Shown here piece by piece: positions 14,550 through 28,729 of a stretch of 64,000 nucleotides of DNA (positions are counted from its first letter, which is position 1; each line of letters opens with the position of its first letter). Below the pieces are notes generated by a model, which saw only the letters and a program-made list of their open reading frames with translations, did not search any database and was not told the DNA's origin. Source of the stretch: Amphiscolops sp. MND2022 (Eukaryota). The stretch is taken from assembly GCA_964187785.1 (NCBI GenBank), contig CAXLNC010001871.1, positions 372,001-436,000 on the forward strand. The letters are read 5' to 3'. The position numbers and the translations under genes were made by a program.

Positions 14550-17500
14550 TTTTCGCGGATAAACTTTTGGGCAGCATTTCAGTGCGGTCATTTTAAATTG
14601 TAGTTTAATCGGACGCTTTTCCCCTAGCATTTCAGTTGGACATTGTGAACAACTGTTCTTGCGGGTAAAGTTTTGGGCAGCAATCAGTATAGTCATTTTT
14701 AATGGTAGTTTTTTCGAACGGTTTTTTGGTAGCATTTCGATACGGGCATTTTAATTGGCTGTTTTTGTGAATACATATTTGGGCAGCACTCCAGTACGGT
14801 CGTTCTAACGGTAGTTTTCTCGGACGCGTTTTCAGCTAGCTTTTCGGTGCGAATGTTTTGACCAACCGTTTTTGCGGATACATTTTTGAGCAGCATTTTA
14901 GTACGGTCATTTTTATTAATAGTTTTATCGAATGGTTTTTCAGCTAGCATTCTGATACGGACATTTTGAACGACTGTTTTTGTAGATGAAATTTTGGACA
15001 GCATTTCAGTACGGTCAATTTAATTGGTAGTTTTCTCGGACACTTTTTCTCCTAGAACTTCAGTACGGACATTTTGAACGACTGTTTTTGCGGATAAATT
15101 TTTGGGCAGCATTTCAGTACTGTCATTTTAATGGTAGTTTTCGCGGACTCTTTCTCAGCTAGCATATCGGTACAGACATTTTGAACAACTGTTTTGCGGG
15201 TAAAGTTTTGGGCAGCAATTCAGTATGGTCGTTTTTAATGGTAGTTTTCGCGGACGCTTCTTCATCTATCATTTTGGTACGGACATTTTGAACCACTGTT
15301 TTTGTGGATACATTTCTGGGCACCAATTCAGTACGGCCTATTTAAAGGTAGTCTTCTCGTTTTGCGGATACATTTTCAGTACTGTCATTTTTACTGGTAG
15401 GTTGTTCGGGATGCTTTTTCCCCTAGCATTTCAGTACGGACATTTTGAACGACTATTTTTGCGAATACATTTTTTGGGCAGCATTTCAGTACTGTCATTT
15501 TTACTGGTAGTCTTCGCGGACGCTTTCTCACCTAGCATTTTGGTACAGACAATTTGATCAACTGTTTTCGCGGATAAACTTTTGGGCAGCATTTTAGTGC
15601 GGTCATTTTAAATTGTAATTTAATCGGACGCTTTTCCCCTAGCATTTCAGTTGGACATTGTGAACAACTGTTCTTGCGGGTAAAGTTTTGGGCAGCATTC
15701 AGTATAGTCATTTTAATGGTAGTTTTTTCGAACGGTTTTTTGGTAGCATTTCGATACGGGCATTTTAATTGGCTGTTTTTGTGAATACATTTTTGGGCAG
15801 CACTCCAGTACGGTCATTCTAACGGTAGTTTTCTCGGACGCGTTTTCAGCTAGCTTTTCGGTGCGAATATTTTGACCAACCGTTTTTGCGGATACATTTT
15901 TGAGCAGCATTTTAGTACGGTCATTTTTATTAATAGTTTTATCGAATGGTTTTTCAGCTAGCATTCTGATACGGACATTTTGAACGACTGTTTTTGTAGA
16001 TGAAATTTTTGACAGCATTTCAGTACGGTCAATTTAATTGGTAGTTTTCTCGGACACTTTTTCTCCTAGAATTTCAGTACGGACATTTTGAACGACTGTT
16101 TTTGCGGATAAATTTTTGGGCAGCATTTCAGTACTGTCATTTTAATGGTAGTTTTCGCGGACTCTTTCTCAGCTAGCATATCGGTACAGACATTTTGAAC
16201 AACTGTTTTTGCGGGTAAAGTTTTGGGCAGCATTTCAGTACGGTCATTCCTAATGGTAGTTTTCTCGAACAGTTTTTCAGCTAGCATTTCGATACGGACA
16301 TTTTGAACGACTGTTTTTGAGGTAGATTTTTGGGCAGCATTTCAGTACGGTCATTTTAATTGGTAGTTTTCTCGGACAATTTTTCAGCTAGAATACAAGT
16401 ACGGACATTTTGAACAACTGTTTTCGCGGATAAACTTTTGGGCAGCATTTCAGTGCGGTCATTTTAAATTGTAGTTTAATCGGACGCTTTTCCCCTAGCA
16501 TTTCAGTTGGACATTGTGAACAACTGTTCTTGCGGGTAAAGTTTTGGGCAGCAATCAGTATAGTCATTTTTAATGGTAGTTTTTTCGAACGGTTTTTTGG
16601 TAGCATTTCGATACGGGCATTTTAATTGGCTGTTTTTGTGAATACATATTTGGGCAGCACTCCAGTACGGTCGTTCTAACGGTAGTTTTCTCGGACGCGT
16701 TTTCAGCTAGCTTTTCGGTGCGAATGTTTTGACCAACCGTTTTTGCGGATACATTTTTGAGCAGCATTTTAGTACGGTCATTTTTATTAATAGTTTTATC
16801 GAATGGTTTTTCAGCTAGCATTCTGATACGGACATTTTGAACGACTGTTTTTGTAGATGAAATTTTGGACAGCATTTCAGTACGGTCAATTTAATTGGTA
16901 GTTTTCTCGGACACTTTTTCTCCTAGAACTTCAGTACGGACATTTTGAACGACTGTTTTTGCGGATAAATTTTTGGGCAGCATTTCAGTACTGTCATTTT
17001 AATGGTAGTTTTCGCGGACTCTTTCTCAGCTAGCATATCGGTACAGACATTTTGAACAACTGTTTTTGCGGGTAAAGTTTTGGGCAGCAATTCAGTATGG
17101 TCGTTTTTAATGGTAGTTTTCGCGGACGCTTCTTCATCTATCATTTTGGTACGGACATTTTGAACCACTGTTTTTGTGGATACATTTCTGGGCACCAATT
17201 CAGTACGGCCTATTTAAAGGTAGTCTTCTCGTTTTGCGGATACATTTTCAGTACTGTCATTTTTACTGGTAGGTTGTTCGGGATGCTTTTTCCCCTAGCA
17301 TTTCAGTACGGACATTTTGAACGACTATTTTTGCGAATACATTTTTTGGGCAGCATTTCAGTACTGTCATTTTTACTGGTAGTCTTCGCGGACGCTTTCT
17401 CACCTAGCATTTTGGTACAGACAATTTGATCAACTGTTTTCGCGGATAAACTTTTGGGCAGCATTTTAGTGCGGTCATTTTAAATTGTAATTTAATCGGA

Positions 17501-19000
17501 CGCTTTTCCCCTAGCATTTCAGTTGGACATTGTGAACAACTGTTCTTGCGGGTAAAGTTTTGGGCAGCATTCAGTATAGTCATTTTAATGGTAGTTTTTT
17601 CGAACGGTTTTTTGGTAGCATTTCGATACGGGCATTTTAATTGGCTGTTTTTGTGAATACATTTTTGGGCAGCACTCCAGTACGGTCATTCTAACGGTAG
17701 TTTTCTCGGACGCGTTTTCAGCTAGCTTTTCGGTGCGAATATTTTGACCAACCGTTTTTGCGGATACATTTTTGAGCAGCATTTTAGTACGGTCATTTTT
17801 ATTAATAGTTTTATCGAATGGTTTTTCAGCTAGCATTCTGATACGGACATTTTGAACGACTGTTTTTGTAGATGAAATTTTTGACAGCATTTCAGTACGG
17901 TCAATTTAATTGGTAGTTTTCTCGGACACTTTTTCTCCTAGAATTTCAGTACGGACATTTTGAACGACTGTTTTTGCGGATAAATTTTTGGGCAGCATTT
18001 CAGTACTGTCATTTTAATGGTAGTTTTCGCGGACTCTTTCTCAGCTAGCATATCGGTACAGACATTTTGAACAACTGTTTTTGCGGGTAAAGTTTTGGGC
18101 AGCAATTCAGTATGGTCGTTTTTAATGGTAGTTTTCGGGGACACTTCTTCATCTAGCATTTTGGTACGGACATTTTGAACCACTGTTTTTGTGGATACAT
18201 TTCTGGGCACCAATTCAGTACGGCCTATTTAAAGGTAGTCTTCTCGTTTTGCGGATACATTTTCAGTACTGTCATTTTTACTGGTAGGTTGTTCGGGATG
18301 CTTTTTCCCCTAGCATTTCAGTACGGACATTTTGAACGACTATTTTTGCGAATACATTTTTTGGGCAGCATTTCAGTACTGTCATTTTTACTGGTAGTCT
18401 TCGCGGACGCTTTCTCACCTAGCATTTTGGTACAGACAATTTGATCAACTGTTTTCGCGGATAAACTTTTGGGCAGCATTTCAGTGCGGTCATTTTAAAT
18501 TGTAGTTTAATCGGACGCTTTTCCCCTAGCATTTCAGTTGGACATTGTGAACATTTGTTCTTGCGGGTAAAGTTTTGGGCAGCAATCAGTATAGTCATTT
18601 TTAATGGTAGTTTTTTCGAACGGTTTTTTGGTAGCATTTCGATACGGGCATTTTAATTGGCTGTTTTTGTGAATACATATTTGGGCAGCACTCCAGTACG
18701 GTCATTCTAACGGTAGTTTTCTCGGACGCGTTTTCAGCTAGCTTTTCGGTGCGAATATTTTGACCAACCGTTTTTGCGGATACATTTTTGAGCAGCATTT
18801 TAGTACGGTCATTTTTATTAATAGTTTTATCGAATGGTTTTTCAGCTAGCATTCTGATACGGACATTTTGAACGACTGTTTTTGTAGATGAAATTTTGGA
18901 CAGCATTTCAGTACGGTCAATTTAATTGGTAGTTTTCTCGGACACTTTTTCTCCTAGAATTTCAGTACGGACATTTTGAACGACTGTTTTTGGGATATTT
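14550..19000 (+). repeat. HOR block of ~1,015-bp and ~857-bp units (1,872-bp super-unit)
   Basis: Near-identical translations at 14,699, 15,713, 16,570, 17,585 and 18,601. The deleted-monomer marker AAAGGTAGTCTTCTCGTTTTGCGG recurs at ~11,961, 15,345, 17,217 and 18,232. Confidence 0.88.
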
Positions 19001-22000
19001 TTTGGGCAGCATTTCAGTACTGTCATTTTTACTGGTAGTTTTCGCGGACGCTTTCTCACCTAGCATTTCGATACGGACATTTTGAACGACTGTTTTTGTG
19101 GATACATTTTTGGACCGCATTTCAGTACCGTCGTTTTTGGTGTCAGTTTTTTTGGACGGTTTTTTCAGCTAGAATTTCGTTACGGAGTTTTTGAACAAGT
19201 GTTTTTGCGGGTAAAGCTCTGGGCAGCAATTCAGTATGGTCATTTTAATGGTAGTTTTCGCGATCTCTTCTTCAACTAGCATTTTGGTACGGACATTTTG
19301 GACGACTGTTTTTGCGGTATATTTTTGGGCACCAATTCAGTACGGTCAATTTAAAGGTAGTTTTCTCGGACGCTTTTTCAGCAAGCTTTTTGGTACGGAT
19401 TTTTTTGACCGACCGTTTTTGCGGATATAAATTTGGGCAGCATTTCAGTATGGTCAATTTAAAGGTAGTTTTCTCTGACGCTTTTTCGGCTAGCTTTATG
19501 GTACCAATTTTCTGACCGACCGGTTTTGCGAATACAATTTTGGGCAGCTTTTCAGTATGGTCATTTTTAATGGTAGTTTTCTCGGACCGTTTTTCCCCTA
19601 GCATTTCAGTACGGACATTTTGAACGACTGTTTTTGCGAATACATTTTTTGGGCAGCATTTCAGTCCCGGCATTTTAATGGTAGTTTTCTCAAACGCTTT
19701 TTCGGCTAGCTTTTCGGTACGGATATTTTGACTGACCGTTTTTGCGGATACATTTTTGGGCAGCATTTCAGTACGGTCATTCCTAATGGTAGTTTTCTCG
19801 AACAGTTTTTCAGCTAGCATTTCGATACGGACATTTTGAATGACTATTTTTGAGGTAGTTTTTTGGGCAGCATTTCAGTACGGTCATTTTAATTGGTAGT
19901 TTAATCGGACGCTTTTCCCCTAGCATTTCAGTTGGACATTGTGAACAACTGTTCTTGCGGGTAAAGTTTTGGGCAGCATTTCAGTGTGGTCATTTTAATG
20001 GTAGTTTTCTCGGACGCTTTTTCTCCTAGCAATTCAGTACGGACATTTTGAACGACTGTTTTTGCGGATACATTTTGGGGCAGCATTTCAGTACTGTTAT
20101 TTTACTGGTAGTTTTCGTGGACGCTTTCTCAGCTAGCATATCTGTACAGACATTTTGAACAACTGTTTGTGCGGGTAAAGTTTTGGGCAGCAATTCACTA
20201 TGGTTATTTTTAATGGTAGTTTTCGCGGACGCTTCTTCAGCTAGCATTTTGGTACGGACATTTTGAACCACTGTTTTTGTGGATACATTTTTGGGCAGCA
20301 TTTCAGTAGGGTCATTTTTCATGGTAGTTTTCTCGGACGCTTTTTTTCCTAGCAATTCAGTACGGACCTTTTGAACGACTGTTTTTGCGGATACATTTTT
20401 GGGCAGCATTTAAGTACCGTCTCTTTTATTGGTAGTTTTCTCGAACGGTTTTTCAGCTACCATTTCGATACGAATATTTTGAACGACTGTTTTTGTGGAT
20501 ACATATTTGGGCAGCACTCCAGTACGATCATTTCAATGGTTGTTTTCTCGGACGCGTCTCCAGCTATCTTTTCGGTGCGAATATTTTGACCAACCGTTTT
20601 TACGGATACTTTTTTGGGCATCATTTCAGTACGGTCATTCTTAATGGTAGTTTTATTGAACGGTTTTTCAGCTAGCATTTTGATACGGACATTTTGAACG
20701 ATTGTTTTTGTGGATACATTTTTGGACAGCTTTTCAGTACCGTCATTTTTGTTGTCAGTTTTTTTTCGGACGGTTTTTCAACTAGCAATTTGGTACGGAC
20801 TTTTTGGACGACAGTTTTTGCGGTATATTTTTGGGCACCAAATCAGTACGGTCAATATAAAGGTAGTTTTTTCGGACGCTTTTTCACCTAGCTTTTCGGT
20901 ACGGATTTTTTGACCGACCGTTTTTGAGGATATAAATTTGGGCAGCATTTCAGTACCGTCATTTTAATGGTAGTTTTCTCGGACGTTTTTTTTCGGCTAG
21001 CTTTTCGGTACGATTATTTTGACCGACCGTTCTTGCGGATACATTTTTGGGCATCATTTCAGTACGGTCATTCTTAATGGTAGTTTTATTGAACGGTTTT
21101 TCAGCTAGCATTTTGATACGGACATTTTGAACGATTGTTTTTGTGGACACATTTTTGGACAGCATTTCAGTACCGTCATTTTTGTTGTCAGTTTTTTTCG
21201 GACGGTTTTTCAACTAGCATTTTGGTACGGACTTTTTGGACGACAAATTTTGCGGTATTTTTTTGGGCACCAATTCAGTACGGTCAATTTAAAGGTAGTT
21301 TTTTCGGACGCTTTTTCAACCAGCTTTTTTGGTACGGATTTTTTGACCGACCGTTTTTGAGGATATAAATTTGGGCAGCATTTCAGTACCGTCATTTTAA
21401 TGGTAGTTTTCTCGGACGTTTTTTTTCGGCTAGCTTTTCGGTACGATTATTTTGACCGACCGTTCTTGCGGATACATTTTTGGGCAGCATTTCAGAACGG
21501 TCATTTTTACTGGTAGTTTTCGCGGACGCTTTCTCAGATAGCATTTCGGTACAGACATTTTGAACAACTGTTTGTGCGGGTAAAGTTTTGGGCAGCAATT
21601 CACTATGGTTATTTTTCATGGTCGTTTTTGCGGACGCTTCTTCAGCTAGCAATTTGGTACGGACATTTTGAACCACTGTTTTTGTGGATACTTTTTTGGG
21701 CAGCATTTCAGTACGGTCATTTTTCATGGTAGTTTTCTCGGACGCTTTTTTTCCTAGCAATTCAGTACGGACCTTTTGAACGACTGTTTTTGCGGATACA
21801 TTTTTGGGCGGCATTTAAGTACTGTCATTTTTATTGGTAGGTTGTTCGGGATACTTTTTCAGCTAGCATTTTGGTATGGGCATTTTGAACGACTGTTTTT
21901 GCGGATACATTTTTTCGGCAGCATTTCATTACCGTCTTTTTTATTGGTAGTTTTCTCGAACGGTTTTTCAGCTACCATTTTGATACGGATATTTTGAACG

Positions 22001-24639
22001 ACTGTTTCTGTGGATACATATTTGGGCAGCACTCCAGTACGATCATTTTAATGGTAGTTTTCTCGGACGCGTTTTCAGCTAGCTTTTCGGTGCGAATATT
22101 TTGACCAACCGTTTTTACGGATACCTTTTTGGGCATCATTTCAGTACGGTCATTCTTAATAGTAGTTTTATTGAACGGTTTTTCAGCTAGCATTTTGATA
22201 CGGACATTTTGAACGACTGTTTTTGTGGATATATTTTTGGACAGCATTTCAGTACCGTCATTTTTGGTGTAAGTTTTTTTTTCGGACGGTTTTTCAACTA
22301 GCATTTTGGTACGGACTTTTTGGACGACTGTTTTTGCGGTATATTTTTGGGCACCAATTCAGTACTGTCAATTTAAAGGTAGTTCTCTCGGACGCTTTTT
22401 CAGCTAGCTTTTTGGTACGGATTTTTTGACCGACCGTTTTTGAGTAAATAAAATTGGGCAGCATTTCAGTACCGTCATTTTAATGGTAGTTTTCTCGGAC
22501 GTTTTTTTCGGCTAGCTTTTCGGTACGATTATTTTGACCGACCGTTCTTGCGGATACATTTTTGGGCAGCATGTCAGTACGGTCATTTTTACTGGTAGTT
22601 TTCGCGGACGCTTTCTCAGATAGCATTTTGGTACAGACATTTTGAACAACTGTTTGTGCGGGTTAAGTTTTGGGCAGCAATTCACTATGGTTATGTTTAA
22701 TGGTAGTTTTTGCGGACGCTTCTTCAGCTAGCATTTTGGTACGGACATTTTGAACCACTGTTTTTGTGGATACATTTTTGGGCAGCATTTCAGTAGGGAC
22801 AATTTTCATGGTAGTTTTCTCGGACGCATTTTTTCCTAGCAATTCAGTACGGACCTTTTGAACGACTGTTTTTGTGGATACATTTTTGGGCAGCACTCCA
22901 GTACGATCATTTTAATGGTAGTTTTCTCGGACGCGTTTCCAGCTAGCTTTTCGGTGCGAATATTTTGACCAACCGTTTTTACGGATACCTTTTTGGGCAT
23001 CATTTCAGTACGGTCATTCTTAATGGTAGTTTTATTGAACAGTTTTTCAGCTAGCATTTTGATACGGACATTTTGAACAACTGTTTTTGTGGATACATTT
23101 TTGGGCAGCATTTCAGTACCGTCATTTTTGGTGTCAGTTTTTTTCGGACGGTTTTTCAACTAGCATTTTGGTACGGACTTTTTGGACGACTGTTTTTGCG
23201 GTATAATTTTGGGCACCAATTCAGTACGGTCAATTTAAAGGTAGTTCTCTCGGACGCTTTTTCAGCTAGCTTTTATTTTCAACGACCGTTCTTGCGGATA
23301 AACTTTTGGGCAGCATTTCAGTACGGTCATTTTTACTGGTAGTTTTCGCGGACGCTTTCTCAGATAGCATTTCGGTACAGACATTTTGAACAACTGTTTG
23401 TGCGGGTAAAGTTTTGGGCAGCAATTCACTATGGTTATTTTTAATGGTAGTTTTTGCGGACGCTTCTTCAGCTAGCATTTTGGTACAGACATTTTGAACC
23501 ACTGTTTTTGTGGATACATTTTTGGGCAGCATTTCAGTAGGGTCATTTTTCATGGTAGTTTTCTCGGACGCTTTTTTTCCTAGCAATTCAGTACGGACCT
23601 TTTGAACGACTGTTTTTGCGGATACATTTTTGGGCAGCATTTAAGTACCGTCTTTTTTATTGGTAGTTTTCTCGAACGGTTTTTCAGCTACCATTTCGAT
23701 ACGGATATTTTGAACGACTGTTTTTGTGGATACATATTTGGGCAGCACTCCAGTACGATCATTTCAATGGTAGTTTTCTCGGACGCGTCTTCAGCTATCT
23801 TTTCGGTGCGAATATTTTGACAAACCGTTTTAACGGATACCTTTTTGGGCATAATTTCAGTACGGTCATTCTTAATGGTAGTTTTATTGAACGGTTTTTC
23901 AGCTAGCATTTTGATACGGACATTTTGAACGATTGTTTTTGTGGATACATTTTTGGACAGCATTTCAGTACCGTCATTTTTGTTGTCAGTTTTTTTTCGG
24001 ACGGTTTTTCAACTAGCATTTTGGGACGGACTTTTTGGACGACAGTTTTTGCGGTATATTTTTGGGCACCAATTCAGTACGGTCGTTTTAAAGGTAGTTC
24101 TTTCGGACGCTTTTTCAGCTAGCTTTTTGGTACGGATTTTTTGACCGACCGTTTTTGAGGATATAAATTTGGGCAGCATTCCAGTACCGTCATTTTAATG
24201 GTAGTTTTCTTGGACGTTTTTTTTCGGCTAGCTTTTCGGTACGATTATTTTGACCGACCGTTCTTGCGGATACATTTTTGGGCAGCATTTCAGAACGGTC
24301 ATTTTTACTGGTAGTTTTCGCGGACGCTTTCTCAGATAGCATTTCGGTACAGACATTTTGAACAACTGTTTGTGCGGGTAAAGTTTTGGGCAGCAATTCA
24401 CTATGGTTATTTTTCATGGTCGTTTTTGCGGACGCTTCTTCAGCTAGCATTTTGGTACGGACATTTTGAACCACTGTTTTTGTGGATACATTTTTGGGCA
24501 GCATTTCAGTACGGTCATTTTTCATGGTAGTTTTTTCGGACGCTTTTTTTCCTAGCAAATCAGTACGGACCTTTTGAACGACTGTTTTTGCGGATACATT
24601 TTTTCGGCAGCATTTCATTATTGTCTTTTTTATTGGTAG

Positions 24640-26640
24640 TTTTCTCGAACGGTTTTTCAGCTACCATTTTGATACGGATATTTTGAACGACTGTTTTTGT
24701 GGATACATATTTGGGCAGCACTCCAGTACGATCATTTTAATGGTAGTTTTCTCGGACGCGTTTTCAGCTAGCTTTTCGGTGCGAATATTTTGACCAACCG
24801 TTTTTACGGATACCTTTTTGGGCATCATTTCAGTACGGTCATTCTTAATAGTAGTTTTATTGAACGGTTTTTCAGCTAGCATTTTGATACGGACATTTTG
24901 AACGACTGTTTTTGTGGATATATTTTTGGACAGCATTTCAGTACCGTCATTTTTGGTGTAAGTTTTTTTCGGACGGTTTTTCAACTAGCATTTTGGTACG
25001 GACTTTTTGGACGACTGTTTTTGCGGTATATTTTTGGGCACCAATTCAGTACTGTCATTTTAGAGGTAGTTCTCTCGGACGCTTTTTCAGCTAGCTTTTT
25101 GGTACAGATTTTTTGACCGACCGTTTTTGAGGATATAAATTTGGGCAGCATTTCAGTGCCGTCATTTTAATGGTAGTTTTCTCGGACGTTTTTTTTTCGG
25201 CTAGCTTTTCGGTACGATTATTTTGACCGACCGTTCTTGCGGATACATTTTTGGGCAGCATGTCAGCACGGTCATTTTTACTGGTAGTTTTCGCGGACGC
25301 TTTCTCAGATAGCATTTTGGTACAGACATTTTGAACAACTGTTTGTGCGGGTTAAGTTTTGGGCAGCAATTCACTATGGTTATGTTTAATGGTAGTTTTT
25401 GCGGACGATTCTTCAGCTAGCATTTTGGTACGGACATTTTGAACCACTGTTTTTGTGGATACATTTTTGGGCAGCATTTCAGTAGGGTCAATTTTCATGG
25501 TAGTTTTCTCGGACGCATTTTTTCCTAGCAATTCAGTACGGACCTTTTGAACGACTGTTTTTGCGGATACATTTTTGGGCAGCATTTAAGTACCGTCTGT
25601 TTTATTGGTAGTTTTTTCGAACGGTTTTTCAGCTACTATTTTGATACGGATATTTTGAACGACTGTTTTTGTGGATACATATTTGGGCAGCACTCCAGTA
25701 CGATCATTTTAATGGTAGTTTTCTCGGACGCGTTTTCAGCTAGCTTTTCGGTGCGAATATTTTGACCAACCGTTTTTACGGATACCTTTTTGGGCATCAT
25801 TTCAGTACGGTCATTCTTAATAGTAGTTTTATTGAACGGTTTTTCAGCTAGCATTTTGATACGGACATTTTGAACGACTGTTTTTGTGGATATATTTTTG
25901 GACAGCATTTCAGTACCGTCATTTTTGGTGTAAGTTTTTTTCGGACGGTTTTTCAACTAGCATTTTGGTACGGACTTTTTGGACGACTGTTTTTGCGGTA
26001 TATTTTTGGGCACCAATTCAGTACTGTCATTTTAGAGGTAGTTCTCTCGGACGCTTTTTCAGCTAGCTTTTTGGTACAGATTTTTTGACCGACCGTTTTT
26101 GAGGATATAAATTTGGGCAGCATTTCAGTGCCGTCATTTTAATGGTAGTTTTCTCGGACGTTTTTTTTTCGGCTAGCTTTTCGGTACGATTATTTTGACC
26201 GACCGTTCTTGCGGATACATTTTTGGGCAGCATGTCAGCACGGTCATTTTTACTGGTAGTTTTCGCGGACGCTTTCTCAGATAGCATTTTGGTACAGACA
26301 TTTTGAACAACTGTTTGTGCGGGTTAAGTTTTGTTCAGCAATTCACTATGGTTATGTTTAATGGTAGTTTTTGCGGACGATTCTTCAGCTAGCATTTTGG
26401 TACGGACATTTTGAACCACTGTTTTTGTGGATACATTTTTGGGCAGCATTTCAGTAGGGTCAATTTTCATGGTAGTTTTCTCGGACGCATTTTTTCCTAG
26501 CAATTCAGTACGGACCTTTTGAACGACTGTTTTTGCGGATACATTTTTGGGCAGCATTTAAGTACCGTCTGTTTTATTGGTAGTTTTTTCGAACGGTTTT
26601 TCAGCTACTATTTTGATACGGATATTTTGAACGACTGTTT
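24640..26640 (+). repeat. 9-monomer HOR, 972 bp, about 2 near-identical copies within a wider related block (~20-28 kb)
   Basis: Identical or near-identical translations offset by 972: 24,898/25,870, 25,091/26,063, 25,352/26,324 and 25,547/26,519. Confidence 0.88.
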
Positions 26641-28729
26641 TTGTGGATACATTTTTGGGCAGCACTCCAGTACGATCATTTTAATGGTAGTTTTCTCGGA
26701 CGCGTTTCCAGCTAGCTTTTCGGTGCGAATATTTTGACCAACCGTTTTTACGGATACCTTTTTGGGCATCATTTCAGTACGGTCATTCTTAATGGTAGTT
26801 TTATTGAACAGTTTTTGAGCTAGCATTTTGATACGGACATTTTGAACAACTGTTTTTGTGGATACATTTTTGGGCAGCATTTCAGTACCGTCATTTTTGG
26901 TGTCAGTTTTTTCGGACGGTGTTTCAACTAGCATTTTGGTACGGACTTTTTGGACGACTGTTTTTGCGGTATATTTTTGGGCACCAATTCAGTACGGTCA
27001 ATTTAAAGGTAGTTCTCTCGGACGCTTTTTCAGCTAGCTTTTCGGTACGATTATTTTGACCGACCGTTCTTGCGGATACACTTTTGGGCAGCATTTCAGT
27101 ACGGTCATTTTTACTGGTAGTTTTCGCGGACGCTTTCTCAGATAGCATTTCCGTACAGACCTTTTGAACAACTGTTTGTGCGGGTAAAGTTTTGGGCAGC
27201 AATTCACTATGTTTATTTTTCATGGTAGTTTTTGCGGACGCTTCTTCAGCTAGCATTTTGGTACGGATATTTTGAACCACTGTTTTTGTGGATACATTTT
27301 TGGGCAGCATTTCAGTACGGTCATTTTTCATGGTAGTTTTCTCGGACGCTTTTTTTCCAAGCAATTCAGTACGGACCTTTTGAACGACTGTTTTTGCGGA
27401 TACTTTTTTGGGCAGCATTTAAGTACTGTCATTTTTATTGGTAGATTGTTCGGGATGCTTTTTCAGCTAGCATTTTGGTACGGGCATTTTGAACGACTGT
27501 TTTTGCGGATACATTTTTTCGGCAGCATTTCAGTACCGTATTTTTTATTGGTAGTTTTCTCGAACGGTTTTTCAGCTACCATTTTGATACGGATATTTTG
27601 AACGACTGTTTTTGTGGATACATATTTGGGCAGCACTCCAAAACGATCATTTTAATGGTAGTTTTCTCGGACGCGTTTTCAGCTAGCTTTTCGGTGCTAA
27701 TATTTTGACCAACCGTTTTTACGGATACCTTTTTGGTCATCATTTCAGTACGGTCATTCTTAATGGTAGTTTTATTGAACGGTTTTTCAGCTAGCATTTT
27801 GATACGGACATTTTGAACGACTGTTTTTGTGGATACATTTTTGGACAGAATTTCAGTACCGTCATTTTTGGTGTCAGTTTTTTTTCGGAGGGTTTTCCAG
27901 CTAGCATTTTGATACGGACATTTTGAACGACTGTTTTTGTGGATACATTTTTGGACAGCATTTCAGTACCGTCATTTTTGGTGTCAGTTTTTTTCGGACG
28001 GTTTTTCAACTAGCATTTTGGTACGGACTTTTTGGACGACTGTTTTTGCGGTATATTTGTGGGCACCACTTCAGTACGGTCAATTTAAAGGTAGTTCTCT
28101 CGGACGCTTTTTCAGCTAATAAAAATTTAGGCAGCATTTCAGTACCGTCATTTTAATGGTAGTTTTCTCGAACGTTTTTTTTTCGGCTTGCTTTTCGGTA
28201 CGATTATTTTGACCAACCGTTCTTGCGGATACAATTTTGGGCAGCATTTCAGTACGGTCATTTTTAATGGTAGTTTTCTCCAACAGTTTTTCAGCTAGCA
28301 TTTCGATACGGACAATTTGAACAATTCTTCTTGCGGGTAACTTTTTGGGCAGCATTTCAGTGCGGTCATTTTCAGTGATAGTTTTTTGGGACAATTTTCA
28401 GCTAATATTTCGATACAAACATTTTGAACAACTGTTTTCGCGGATAAATTTTTAGGCAGCATTTCAGTGCGGTCATTTTTAATTGTAGTTTTATCGGACT
28501 CTTTTCCCCCTAGCATTTCAGTTGGACATTGTGAACAACTGTTCTGGTGGGTAAAGTTTTGGGCAGCATTTCAGTATGGTCGTTTCAATGGTAGTTTTCT
28601 CGGACGCTTTCCCCCCTAGCATTTCAGTACGGACATTTTGAACGTCTGTTTTTGCGAATACATTTTTTGGCCAGCATATCAGTACCGTCATTTTAACGGT
28701 AGTTTTGTCGGACGCTTTTCGGCTAGGTT

